From Candidatus Altarchaeum sp. (GTDB lineage Archaea > Altiarchaeota > Altiarchaeia > Altiarchaeales > Altiarchaeaceae): DNA of 59,695 nt. Position numbers and translations under genes: made by a program. The notes beneath the pieces are model-generated. The model worked only from the letters and a program-made list of their open reading frames with translations. It ran no database searches and was not told where the DNA came from. Where the stretch lies: positions 1-59,695 of the forward strand of contig JAGWDQ010000070.1 in NCBI GenBank assembly GCA_018260615.1, given 5' to 3'. The stretch's first letter is position 1. Every line of letters starts with the position of its first letter. Shown piece after piece: positions 26,217 to 35,097 of the stretch.

Positions 26217-27413
26217 ATGAATCCCGCAAAAAGAATCCAGACATTACCTCCGTATTTATTTGCAGAGGTGGATAAAAAGGTAGCAAAAGCAAAAAGCAAA
26301 GGAAAGGATATAATAAATTTAAGTATTGGCGACCCTGATTTGCCAACACCAAAACCAGTTGTTGAAAAATTATACGAAGCAGCAAAAAATCCCGATACAC
26401 ATCATTATCCGTCTTATGTCGGAATGAAGGACTTGCGGCTGGAAATTTCAAACCGGATGAAAAAACGATTTAATGCGGACTTTAGCGAGGATGAAATTTG
26501 TGTATTAATCGGCTCAAAGGAAGGCATTGCACATCTTCCGCTCGGAATAATTAATCCCGGCGACTATGGAATATATCCTGATCCGGGTTATCCCGTTTAT
26601 AGGACCTCAATAATGTTTGCAGGCGGAAAGCCAGTTCAGATGCCCTTAAAACAGGAAAATAAATTTTTGCCTGATATGGACGAATTAAACAAAAAAATTA
26701 AATTTTTAAGTTTAGGCAAGGGAAAGACAAAGCTAATGTTTTTAAATTATCCCAATAATCCGACTTCTGCAACTATTGACTTAAAATTTTTAAAAGAAGT
26801 TGTTGAATTTGCGATTGAGAATGAAATTTTAATCTGTTATGATAATGCTTACAGCGAGATGACTTTTGACAATTATGTTGCCCCAACTATATTTGAAATT
26901 AAAGAAGCAAGGGAGACCGCAATAGAAATTTTCTCATTCTCAAAAACATATAATATGACCGGATGGCGTATCGGGTTTGCAGTCGGAAAAAGCGAAAATT
27001 TAAATTTGCTGAAAAAGGTTAAGGAAAATTTTGATTCCGGGGTTTTTAATGCAATTCAGATTGCTGCAATTGAAGCATTGAGGAGTAAAGATGTTGAAAG
27101 CGAAGTAAGGAAAAATATGAAAATTTTTGAGGAAAGAAGAAATGTTGTTTGTGAAAAATTAGAGGAATTCGGAGCGGAATTTGAAAAACCAAAAGCGACA
27201 TTTTATATATGGGTTAAAGTTAATAAAGAGAAATTTAAGGTGACAGAAGAAAGTCCAAGTATGAAATTTTGCGATAAAGCAATTGAAAAAGGTGTTGTGC
27301 TGACTCCCGGCGTTGGATTTGGCGAATACGGAGAGGGATTTGTAAGAATAGCAATAACACAAAGCAGGGAAAGAATTACAGAGGGAATTGAGAGAATTAA
27401 GGAGATATTTTAA
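26217..27413 (+). CDS. Class I/II aminotransferase (LL-diaminopimelate/aspartate aminotransferase-like)
   Basis: Contains RIQTLPPYLFAEVDKK, LSIGDPDLPTP, YPNNPT, and SFSKTYNMTGWRIG (PLP lysine). Confidence 0.75.
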   Translation: MNPAKRIQTLPPYLFAEVDKKVAKAKSKGKDIINLSIGDPDLPTPKPVVEKLYEAAKNPDTHHYPSYVGMKDLRLEISNRMKKRFNADFSEDEICVLIGSKEGIAHLPLGIINPGDYGIYPDPGYPVYRTSIMFAGGKPVQMPLKQENKFLPDMDELNKKIKFLSLGKGKTKLMFLNYPNNPTSATIDLKFLKEVVEFAIENEILICYDNAYSEMTFDNYVAPTIFEIKEARETAIEIFSFSKTYNMTGWRIGFAVGKSENLNLLKKVKENFDSGVFNAIQIAAIEALRSKDVESEVRKNMKIFEERRNVVCEKLEEFGAEFEKPKATFYIWVKVNKEKFKVTEESPSMKFCDKAIEKGVVLTPGVGFGEYGEGFVRIAITQSRERITEGIERIKEIF

Positions 27414-27422
27414 ATTTTTAAA

Positions 27423-27725
27423 ATGGAACAGGAAACAAAAAATGTAATTGCCTTGTTGTTGAATGTATTGCTTTTGCCAGGGCTTGGAACAGCAGCACAT
27501 GGAGAAAAAAGGAGAGGGATAATACAAATAGCTGGTATTTTTATTGCTATGTTCTTCGTAATTATCGCACCTATATTTCCTGCTATAGAGTACAAGTCCA
27601 TGATAATAATATTTGTCATTATAGCATCTTTGATTGCATCTTTAATGTGGGCTTGGGCATTACTTGACGGGGTTGCTTTTGTGCAGAACAGAGAAGAATT
27701 TTATATTTTCAAAAATTTAAAGTAA
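27423..27725 (+). CDS. Small membrane protein (3 TM)
   Basis: Hydrophobic helices LLLNVLLLPGLG, IAGIFIAMFFVIIAPIF and IIIFVIIASLIASLMWAWALL. Confidence 0.5.
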   Translation: MEQETKNVIALLLNVLLLPGLGTAAHGEKRRGIIQIAGIFIAMFFVIIAPIFPAIEYKSMIIIFVIIASLIASLMWAWALLDGVAFVQNREEFYIFKNLK

Positions 27726-27791
27726 AATTTTTAAATTTAAATATTCAAAATTTAATTTGTTAATATAATTTTTTAATAAAACATAAATAAA

Positions 27792-28328
27792 ATGGCACAG
27801 GTATATGTATTTAAATCTGCATTTAAACATAGAAAAACATTATGGCGCCGCATTGAAATCAGGGACGATCAAACACTTGGCGATCTGGACAGTATAATGC
27901 GTGACGCATTCAAGCACGATGACTCTGACCACCTCAGTGAGTTTTATCCGGATCAGTCCTGCAGGAATGGTTTCGGAGAGATAGACCCTGACGGGGGCGG
28001 TTCCGGCGCAGATATTAAACTCAGAAAAATTGGAGTATGTGAAGGCACTAAACTCGGATATGTATATGACTTCGGGGATTATATCGAACACATACTTGCA
28101 TTTGAAGGTGTGAAAAATGTGGAGGAAAATGTAAAATATCCCCGCATCACAGATAAAAGCAAAACAAAAAATCATTACTGTGATTCTTGTAAAGAAAAAG
28201 GTAAAAAATCTGTTGCCACTTATGTTTGTGTAGATTGTTCAGATGACGCTGAAAAAACGGTATATGTTTGCGAAGAATGCGCAGAGAAAGAGCATGAAGA
28301 CCACCAGATTGAGGATATCCTTTTTTAA
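27792..28328 (+). CDS. pRiA4b ORF-3-like (MM3350-like) domain protein with a C-terminal Cys-rich zinc finger
   Basis: Contains VYVFKSAF....WRRIEIRDDQTLGDLDSIMRDAF and YVYDFGDYIEHIL. The C-terminus reads CDSC..CVDC..CEECAEKEHEDH. Confidence 0.5.
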   Translation: MAQVYVFKSAFKHRKTLWRRIEIRDDQTLGDLDSIMRDAFKHDDSDHLSEFYPDQSCRNGFGEIDPDGGGSGADIKLRKIGVCEGTKLGYVYDFGDYIEHILAFEGVKNVEENVKYPRITDKSKTKNHYCDSCKEKGKKSVATYVCVDCSDDAEKTVYVCEECAEKEHEDHQIEDILF

Positions 28329-28394
28329 AAGGGATATTTTCGAAAAGAAATTTTGAAATTTTATGACTGTCTGATGACATTGAAAATGTAATTC

Positions 28395-29141
28395 TTAAAT
28401 TTTTTCCCTGCCTTTTTTTGATGTCACAACATAAACCTCGGCCTTATCCAAATATTCCTTTGCGATTTTTCCCAAATTGAGCATCTTTTCATAGGAATAT
28501 GGAGCAATATTTTGAAATTTCTCATCAAGCGTTCTTTCCGCCCTGAATTCGTTCAAAGTGTAAATGGAAAATTTATATTTATTTGCTATTTTTGCTATTT
28601 CAATGATTTCGCTTTCATCTGTCAGCGTCGGCACGACCGTTGTTCTCGCCTCTTTTTTTCCGTCCCATTCCGCTAAAATTTCACATGTTCGCCTAACTCT
28701 TTCAACAACATTTTTCCAGTCGTCTCTTCCTACGGCACTTCCATATTTTTCAGTAAATGGTGCTTTTATATCAAGACCAATGAAATCAAGCAGAGGTAAA
28801 AATTTTTGCAGTGTTTCAGGATAAAACCCGTTATGGTCAATTTTCAGCAGTAAATTTGTCTCGTTCTTTATTCGCAGGCATAATTCAAAGGTCTCATTTT
28901 GCATCAATGGTTCCCCTCCTGTAATAGTAACCGCATCTATAATAAAATTTTCCTTTAAATTTTTTATTATTTCGGAAATTTCCATCTCTCTGCAAACTTC
29001 GGGATTCGCAAGTGCAACATCTGCATTCTGGCACCATGGACACCTGTATGGGCATCCGCAAAGATAGATTACCGCACAGACATGCCCCGGAAAATCAACA
29101 GAGGAGTAGTCAACAATTCCCGCAAAATTTATTTTTAACAT
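28395..29141 (-). CDS. Radical SAM activating enzyme (anaerobic RNR activase NrdG-like)
   Basis: Contains VDFPGHVCAVIYLCGCPYRCPWCQN (CxxxCxxC) and TITGGEP. Confidence 0.65.
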   Translation of the reverse strand: MLKINFAGIVDYSSVDFPGHVCAVIYLCGCPYRCPWCQNADVALANPEVCREMEISEIIKNLKENFIIDAVTITGGEPLMQNETFELCLRIKNETNLLLKIDHNGFYPETLQKFLPLLDFIGLDIKAPFTEKYGSAVGRDDWKNVVERVRRTCEILAEWDGKKEARTTVVPTLTDESEIIEIAKIANKYKFSIYTLNEFRAERTLDEKFQNIAPYSYEKMLNLGKIAKEYLDKAEVYVVTSKKGREKI

Positions 29142-29229
29142 TTTTGATTTAATTTTTAATTATATATTGTAAATTTAATTGATTGAGCGTTTAAAATTTA
29201 TTAAATTGAGTGTTTAAAATTTATCCAAA

Positions 29230-30615
29230 ATGAATGAATCTTTTAAAAATTGTGATTTGGATTTAAAGAAACTTCCGGTTGATGTCGGTCCTTCGTATGA
29301 AGGTGAAAGAATACGGGGTCCCGATATGTTTTTGGAATTGGGAGGTCCGAAAATAAAATTTAAATTTGAATTAGTAAGGGTTGCCGGAAAAGATGATATT
29401 AAAGATAACGGAAATTTTAGATTAATCGGAAAGGATATTCCGGAATATGAGAGCGGAGAAACCATTCCCTTCGGAATATTCATAGAGGTCTATGGCGAAA
29501 AGGTTGAAGTTGAGTTAGAAGGAATTCTGGAAAGAAAAATTCATGACATTATAAACAATATTCAGGGGATGATGCACCTGAATCAAAGGTATGATATCTG
29601 GTGCCGGATAAGTAAGGCAGACAAAGAAAAAGGACTTAAATTCGAGCATATCGGAATTGTAATCATGTCTTTACTGAAAAAACACTTTCCGTTTATAGAA
29701 AGGGTTCAATGTACAATAATTACTGATGAGGATAGTGTTATGGAGTTCCACAAAAAGGCGGTTGAGGTGTATAATACAAGAGATATGAAAACACGGGGAA
29801 TGAAGGATGAAGATATTGATACATTTTATGGCTGCACGCTTTGTCAGTCATTCGCACCGGGGCATATCTGTATTATTTCTCCTGAAAGAATTTCGTTGTG
29901 TGGGGCAATTTCCTGGCTTGATGCGAGAGCAGCGGCAAAGATTAATCCTGACGGTTCAAATTTCCCAATTCCAAAAGGAGAATGCCTGGATCCTGTAAAG
30001 GGAATATTTACGGGTTCTAATGCCGCAATTCAAAAGTATTCAAACAATAAGATACAGCAGGTTGCATTATATACTATATTTGAGAGTGTTCATACGAGTT
30101 GCGGATGTTTTGAATCAATTGGTTTTTACATTCCCGAGGTTGACGGAGTAGGAGTGGTTGACAGAAATTTTAACGGCTTGTCTGCTAACGGAATGAAATT
30201 TTCACAACTGGCGGCACAGGCGGGAGGAGGGCAGCAGATAGAGGGCTTTCTGGGAATAGGTATTCAGTGGTTTTATTCCGGAAAATTTATATCGGCGGAC
30301 GGAGGATGGAACAGAATGGTCTGGCTTCCTTCAACATTAAAGGAAAGAATAAAGGATGCTATCCCACCGGAATTATTTGAGAAAATCCCGACTGAAAAAG
30401 ATGTAAAGAACATTGATGAGCTGAAAAATTTTTTAAAGGAAAAAAATCATCCGATAGTAAAGAGATGGGAAGAAGCAGAGAAAGAAGAGGAGGAAGAAAT
30501 AGAAATTCCGGATATATTTCCGGATGTTCCGTTTCCGTCAGTAAGTTATACAAAAATTTCGTTTAAGGATGTCCGAATTGAGGTGGAAAGTGCGGTTGTG
30601 AAGAAGGGATACTAA
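29230..30615 (+). CDS. cdhC: Acetyl-CoA decarbonylase/synthase complex beta subunit (A-cluster acetyl-CoA synthase)
   Basis: Contains GCTLCQSFAPGHICIISPERISLCGAISWLDARAA and HTSCGCFE. Length is 461 aa, with an acidic C-terminal tail. Confidence 0.85.
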   Translation: MNESFKNCDLDLKKLPVDVGPSYEGERIRGPDMFLELGGPKIKFKFELVRVAGKDDIKDNGNFRLIGKDIPEYESGETIPFGIFIEVYGEKVEVELEGILERKIHDIINNIQGMMHLNQRYDIWCRISKADKEKGLKFEHIGIVIMSLLKKHFPFIERVQCTIITDEDSVMEFHKKAVEVYNTRDMKTRGMKDEDIDTFYGCTLCQSFAPGHICIISPERISLCGAISWLDARAAAKINPDGSNFPIPKGECLDPVKGIFTGSNAAIQKYSNNKIQQVALYTIFESVHTSCGCFESIGFYIPEVDGVGVVDRNFNGLSANGMKFSQLAAQAGGGQQIEGFLGIGIQWFYSGKFISADGGWNRMVWLPSTLKERIKDAIPPELFEKIPTEKDVKNIDELKNFLKEKNHPIVKRWEEAEKEEEEEIEIPDIFPDVPFPSVSYTKISFKDVRIEVESAVVKKGY

Positions 30616-30668
30616 ATTTTTATTTTAATTTATTTAAATTTTAATTTATTTTAATTTATTTACAAAAA

Positions 30669-31058
30669 ATGGAATATATATTGTGTTCTTGTGGGAGTGG
30701 TAAACCGTATCAAAAATGCTGTGTGTTCCTGGACGAAATAAGAAAAAAATACAGTTATATCAAACCTGGCGAGAAAGATGATTCAGAATGGTACAACCAG
30801 GGACTGGAATATATGGATGAGAATAAAATAGATAAAGCAGAGAATATGTTCAAAAAATTGATTATGTCTCAGCCGGAACATCATGACGGTTTTTTGGGTT
30901 TGGCAAATGTCTATAAAAAGAAAGGGGAAAGAGAAAAAATGATTTATTTTTATGACCAGGCTATAAAAAGAGCAAAAGAATTTCTAAAAAATGACTCAAT
31001 TGATCCGGAGGCAATAGAAATGATAGAGGATGAAAAAGATGAAGCTATCAAAAATTAA
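30669..31058 (+). CDS. SEC-C motif plus TPR-like protein
   Basis: The N-terminus is CSCGSGKPYQKCC (SEC-C metal-binding motif). The remainder is helical, TPR-like. Confidence 0.55.
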   Translation: MEYILCSCGSGKPYQKCCVFLDEIRKKYSYIKPGEKDDSEWYNQGLEYMDENKIDKAENMFKKLIMSQPEHHDGFLGLANVYKKKGEREKMIYFYDQAIKRAKEFLKNDSIDPEAIEMIEDEKDEAIKN

Positions 31059-31076
31059 ATTTTACCGCCACTTCAT

Positions 31077-31160
31077 ATAACACAACATAAAAGGTTCGTG
31101 CTTATGGCATTCGCACAAATTACGCCTTCGGCGGAACTTCTTTTATCCGCAAACCGTTAT
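31077..31160 (+). other. attC-like imperfect palindrome B (84 nt)
   Basis: ATAAC-N5-ATAAAAGG ... CAAATT..GGCGGAACTTC-CTTTTAT-N9-GTTAT. It starts 19 nt after the stop at 31058. Confidence 0.45.
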
Positions 31161-31175
31161 GTAAAATCGGGGCAA

Positions 31176-31949
31176 ATGACTAAAACAAATAATTGGGAAA
31201 AAACTATGAACTCTAAAAAAGGAATTAAAAATTATAGTAATAGTATCAAAAAATTCAATTGGAATAATATAGAGGACATTTGTGTGTCTCAGCGAGATGA
31301 TTGGACATGTCAGTTGACCGCGTTAAGGATTGTGTTAAGATATTATAATATAGATATCTATGATGAAGAGATTATTTATATTTTGAAGCATGAAAATTTT
31401 AAAGTTTTTGATTTTGGAACATATCTGCCCTTTATTGGCGTTATTGCTCTAAAATTGGGATTTAATATAAGTTATAGAACTCAAATCGCAAATTTATACC
31501 CTGATGAATCTACAATAATCTCATCAGGTGCTACTATTAGAAAGATCATTCTTGAAGATATCAAGAATACATCCGAAGAAGAACCCATAATACAAGGGTA
31601 TTACGCATTTCTGAAAATTTTGGATTTGGATGGAAAGATATATTTACATCAACCGTATTCACCTCCGTCATTCAAAGAGATCAAAAAGGCATTGAAAAAA
31701 GGTCCTGTGATTAGTGTTGTATCTGGAAATGAATATTACAAAATAGATGAAGATTGGGGTCACGCTTTAGTACTGATACCTACCTATGATAATAGATTTA
31801 TAGTATTAGATGATTTCAGGAAAAAAGGATATGAAGAATATCCAAACTGGGAAATGTATCTAAATCACTCAAAAGAGTATGATTGGAGTACTTGGAAAGG
31901 AAGTATGATAGAATTTAGAAAAAGAAACAAAATATATAATCAAAAATAA
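31176..31949 (+). CDS. Papain-like cysteine peptidase (peptidase C39-like domain)
   Basis: Contains QRDDWTCQLTALRIVL (Q..C nucleophile context) and DWGHALVLIP (His). The start is moved to the ATG at 31176, because the GTG-start extension in the track lies over the attC-like element. Confidence 0.5.
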   Translation: MTKTNNWEKTMNSKKGIKNYSNSIKKFNWNNIEDICVSQRDDWTCQLTALRIVLRYYNIDIYDEEIIYILKHENFKVFDFGTYLPFIGVIALKLGFNISYRTQIANLYPDESTIISSGATIRKIILEDIKNTSEEEPIIQGYYAFLKILDLDGKIYLHQPYSPPSFKEIKKALKKGPVISVVSGNEYYKIDEDWGHALVLIPTYDNRFIVLDDFRKKGYEEYPNWEMYLNHSKEYDWSTWKGSMIEFRKRNKIYNQK

Positions 31950-31955
31950 ACTAAA

Positions 31956-33068
31956 ATGGATGAAAATAAAGATAAAGAATTAGGAATGTTACGAAGGTTA
32001 TTAATTTCAAATCACACAATTCTTATTTTAGTATTTATTATTTTGGGCTCAATTGCGGCAGTAGCGGCAGTTTTTTTTGAGGATCAGATGTTGAAAACGC
32101 TTGCTATTAGTATTGCTGTAGCTTTTATAACTGCAACTGTTGTGGACTTTGCTTATAACTATGTTGTTATGAAAGATGTAGAAAGGATGGTTTCGAAACA
32201 TTTGATGTTAAGTAAAGAGGTTCAAGAAGAAATTATGAAAAGAGAAAAAATTGATGCGATTTTAGATTGTTCATTAGAATCAATTATAGGTAGTGATCTA
32301 AAACAAGTAGTAAAAAACGCTGTAATAAATAAGCTACGTGCATATAAAAATTTTGTCAGATTAAATGCATCAATTAATATTTTTTTATCAAATTTTAAAA
32401 ATGCACCAGACAAAATAAAGAATAACTTTTACAAGGTAGAACGTATTACCAAATATCATGAGATACTGAACACAAGAAGGTTAATTTTTATAGCTACTGA
32501 TAATGAGGGAGTATATGCCGAAGAAATCAAGAAAATTGATGATGAAGAAAAGACATATTTTTTTCTTCTTCCATCGTGCTCAAAAGTAGTAGAAGATCTC
32601 AAAGCTGATGTTGATATTTTTAGAATATCAGACGTAAAAGTCGACGGTGTCCAATTGCAAGAGATTAATGAAGTGATTAATGCAAAATCAATAGGTGAAA
32701 ATAAACCAATAATAATTACCAAAATATTTGAAATACCTGATGAAATATTCAAAGAAAAGGAAAATAAATTGGTAACAATAGAATATAATTTACACTCTAT
32801 AATAGGTAAGTGGGAACATATGTTCTTTGAGGATTTTTATAAAGTATATTCTAATATTCAGATATTATTTGATTTTTCAGATACTAATATTGCAAATTGT
32901 GATGTTTATTATTCCTTTGTATCAGCATCTTATCCTAATGTTAAAAAAACAAAGGATGGCAAAAAAATATTGTTATTTGTAGACGATTGGACATTACCTG
33001 TGAATATGGTATGTTTTACTTGGACGTGTGAGAATGAAATCCCTATAGAACTAAACGAATATAAATAA
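31956..33068 (+). CDS. 2-TM membrane protein with a large uncharacterised soluble domain
   Basis: The TM helices are ILILVFIILGSIAAVAAVFF and LAISIAVAFITATVVDFAY. No motif was recognised in the ~280-aa C-terminal domain. Confidence 0.5.
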   Translation: MDENKDKELGMLRRLLISNHTILILVFIILGSIAAVAAVFFEDQMLKTLAISIAVAFITATVVDFAYNYVVMKDVERMVSKHLMLSKEVQEEIMKREKIDAILDCSLESIIGSDLKQVVKNAVINKLRAYKNFVRLNASINIFLSNFKNAPDKIKNNFYKVERITKYHEILNTRRLIFIATDNEGVYAEEIKKIDDEEKTYFFLLPSCSKVVEDLKADVDIFRISDVKVDGVQLQEINEVINAKSIGENKPIIITKIFEIPDEIFKEKENKLVTIEYNLHSIIGKWEHMFFEDFYKVYSNIQILFDFSDTNIANCDVYYSFVSASYPNVKKTKDGKKILLFVDDWTLPVNMVCFTWTCENEIPIELNEYK

Positions 33069-33069
33069 A

Positions 33070-33213
33070 ATGTATAGTAAAATGAAAAAGTGCAATCATG
33101 TGTGGATTATGGGAGATGGTGGTGGAGGAGGACCTGGAAAAACATGGGTCAGAGGAGATGGTATTAGCGGAGGCCCATCAAAAAAGCCTGAAAAAAACGA
33201 AAAAGAAGAGTAA
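33070..33213 (+). CDS. Candidate Gly-rich small ORF (47 aa), alternative frame over the 5' end of the radical SAM ORF
   Basis: The ATG lies 2 nt after the previous stop and gives MYSKMKKCNHVWIMGDGGGGGPGKTWVRGDGISGGPSKKPEKNEKEE. It overlaps the radical SAM gene by at least 56 nt, so at most one reading of 33098-33213 is correct. Confidence 0.2.
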   Translation: MYSKMKKCNHVWIMGDGGGGGPGKTWVRGDGISGGPSKKPEKNEKEE

Positions 33214-34762
33214 AAGAATCATTCTTCTTTCTCCACCATTTCGGAAAATTGAATATGAAAGGTATAGATTAGGGGAAAATTTAGGGATTAGATATCTTGC
33301 TTCTTTTTTAGAGAATATAGGATATGAAGTTGAAGTATTAGATCCTTCTTTATCTCATTTTTCTATTGAGAAAACTGCTAAAATAATCCTAAAAGAAGAT
33401 TATGATCTAATAGGATTCACTATACCAAATGGTGGACTTTTTTCTAATGTGGTTAAGGTTATCAGAATACTTAGAAAGAATGGTTTTAAAGGACATATTA
33501 CACTTGGGGGACATTTTCCTACCTTTGAGCATAAGGAAATATTAAGATATAACAAGAACATAGATAGCATAGTGCAGCATGAAGGAGAAATTACCTTATT
33601 TGAATTGGTAAATAACTTAGATAAAGAAGAAAATTTTAAGAATATTCTTGGATTATCATATCGTAATTCAAAACAGATTTGTATAAATCCACCTCGCCCG
33701 CTTATTAAAAATCTAAATGATTTGCCATTTCCAAAGAGAGATAAAAATTTAAAATATAACCAAAATAATCATTATACAATGGTAACAAGTAGGGGGTGCT
33801 ACGGTAACTGCTCTTTTTGTTCTATAAGAGCATTTTATGATTATGATAAACCATTATGGCGTTATAGAAGCCCTAATAATGTAGTTGATGAAATAAAATA
33901 TCTCATCAATAACTACAATGCAAAAGTTATTTCATTTATGGACGATAATTTTATAGGTCCTGGTAAATTTGGAAAAAAAAGAGCTATTGAAATAGCAAAT
34001 GAAATTATAAATCGTGGCATATCTATCTATTTCGAGATTTCTTGTAGGCCCAATGACATAGATGAACACATTTTAAAAGTTCTCAAAAGAGCAGGACTTC
34101 GTCACGTATCAGTTGGAATAGAATCTGGAAATGAAGATGTTCTAAAGAGATTTAACAAGAAAACTACTGTTTTGCAAAATATAAATGCGATAAAAACTCT
34201 ACGAAAAACAAATCTTAGTTTTACTCCTTATTTTATAATGTTCGATCCGTGGACAACCATAAGTGAACTTAAAGATAATCTAAGATTTCTTTACAATAAC
34301 AATATATGCACATACAGAAGCATAAAAAACGCCATTACGCTTTATAATGGTACACCTTTTTATGAACAATTAAAACATAATAGTGGTAGAGTCAATTGGG
34401 AGTATCAATATAATTTCAAAAACACTGATGTTGCAGAGGTATATTTCATGATAGATTCTTTAAGTGAGTTTAATAAGATTAATCCAATTATTGATATTTT
34501 GATGTATACTCAAGACCTAAATAATAAGGGAATCCGTGAGACATTGAAGAAAATACAAACGGAAACGAATGAGTTTACTTATAACACGACGATGAGAATA
34601 ATTAATTGGGTGACTAACGACAAATCAGAGAATGATCATTTTGCAAAAGATATTCGTGACGATATAAGTTCTTTTACGGACCAAATCAAAAATTTATTAT
34701 TCGCAAAAGGGCTTGAGCAGGTGTTACACGAGTTAGAGTTCAGAAATCATGATAGAAAATAA
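33098..34762 (+). CDS. B12-binding domain radical SAM enzyme
   Basis: Contains IILLSPPF...DLIGFT...TLGGHFPT (cobalamin-binding fold) and TSRGCYGNCSFCSI (CxxxCxxC). The true start may be the ATG at 33158. Confidence 0.75.
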   Translation: MCGLWEMVVEEDLEKHGSEEMVLAEAHQKSLKKTKKKSKRIILLSPPFRKIEYERYRLGENLGIRYLASFLENIGYEVEVLDPSLSHFSIEKTAKIILKEDYDLIGFTIPNGGLFSNVVKVIRILRKNGFKGHITLGGHFPTFEHKEILRYNKNIDSIVQHEGEITLFELVNNLDKEENFKNILGLSYRNSKQICINPPRPLIKNLNDLPFPKRDKNLKYNQNNHYTMVTSRGCYGNCSFCSIRAFYDYDKPLWRYRSPNNVVDEIKYLINNYNAKVISFMDDNFIGPGKFGKKRAIEIANEIINRGISIYFEISCRPNDIDEHILKVLKRAGLRHVSVGIESGNEDVLKRFNKKTTVLQNINAIKTLRKTNLSFTPYFIMFDPWTTISELKDNLRFLYNNNICTYRSIKNAITLYNGTPFYEQLKHNSGRVNWEYQYNFKNTDVAEVYFMIDSLSEFNKINPIIDILMYTQDLNNKGIRETLKKIQTETNEFTYNTTMRIINWVTNDKSENDHFAKDIRDDISSFTDQIKNLLFAKGLEQVLHELEFRNHDRK

Positions 34763-34856
34763 AGGTAAACATAGAATTATTAATAAAAATAGCCCTTTGC
34801 CCCTGACTCTTCTCAACCATTGGGGTTGCTCGCCATCTGCCTGTCGCTCGGGTCAC

Positions 34857-34940
34857 TTAACACGGTGTATACGGTTCGGGATATTTCCTCATCCAAATGC
34901 TCGGCTTCGCCTCGCACTTCGCATACATCGATTCCGTTAT
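34857..34940 (+). other. attC-like imperfect palindrome C (84 nt)
   Basis: (AC)TTAAC-N3-GTGTATAC ... CAAATG..CGCACTTC-GCATACAT-N7-GTTAT. It starts 95 nt after the stop at 34762. Confidence 0.4.
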
Positions 34941-35097
34941 CCAAAAATTTCAAACTTTCTCAAAACGCAAAATTTCAAAACTCTCAATTAACAACTAACG
35001 CAAATGAAACCCACATAATTTACCAAAACTTGCTGGTTTTGTTTGCATTAATAAAATGTATACTTCTAAAACAAATTTAAAAATTTATTTGTAATAT

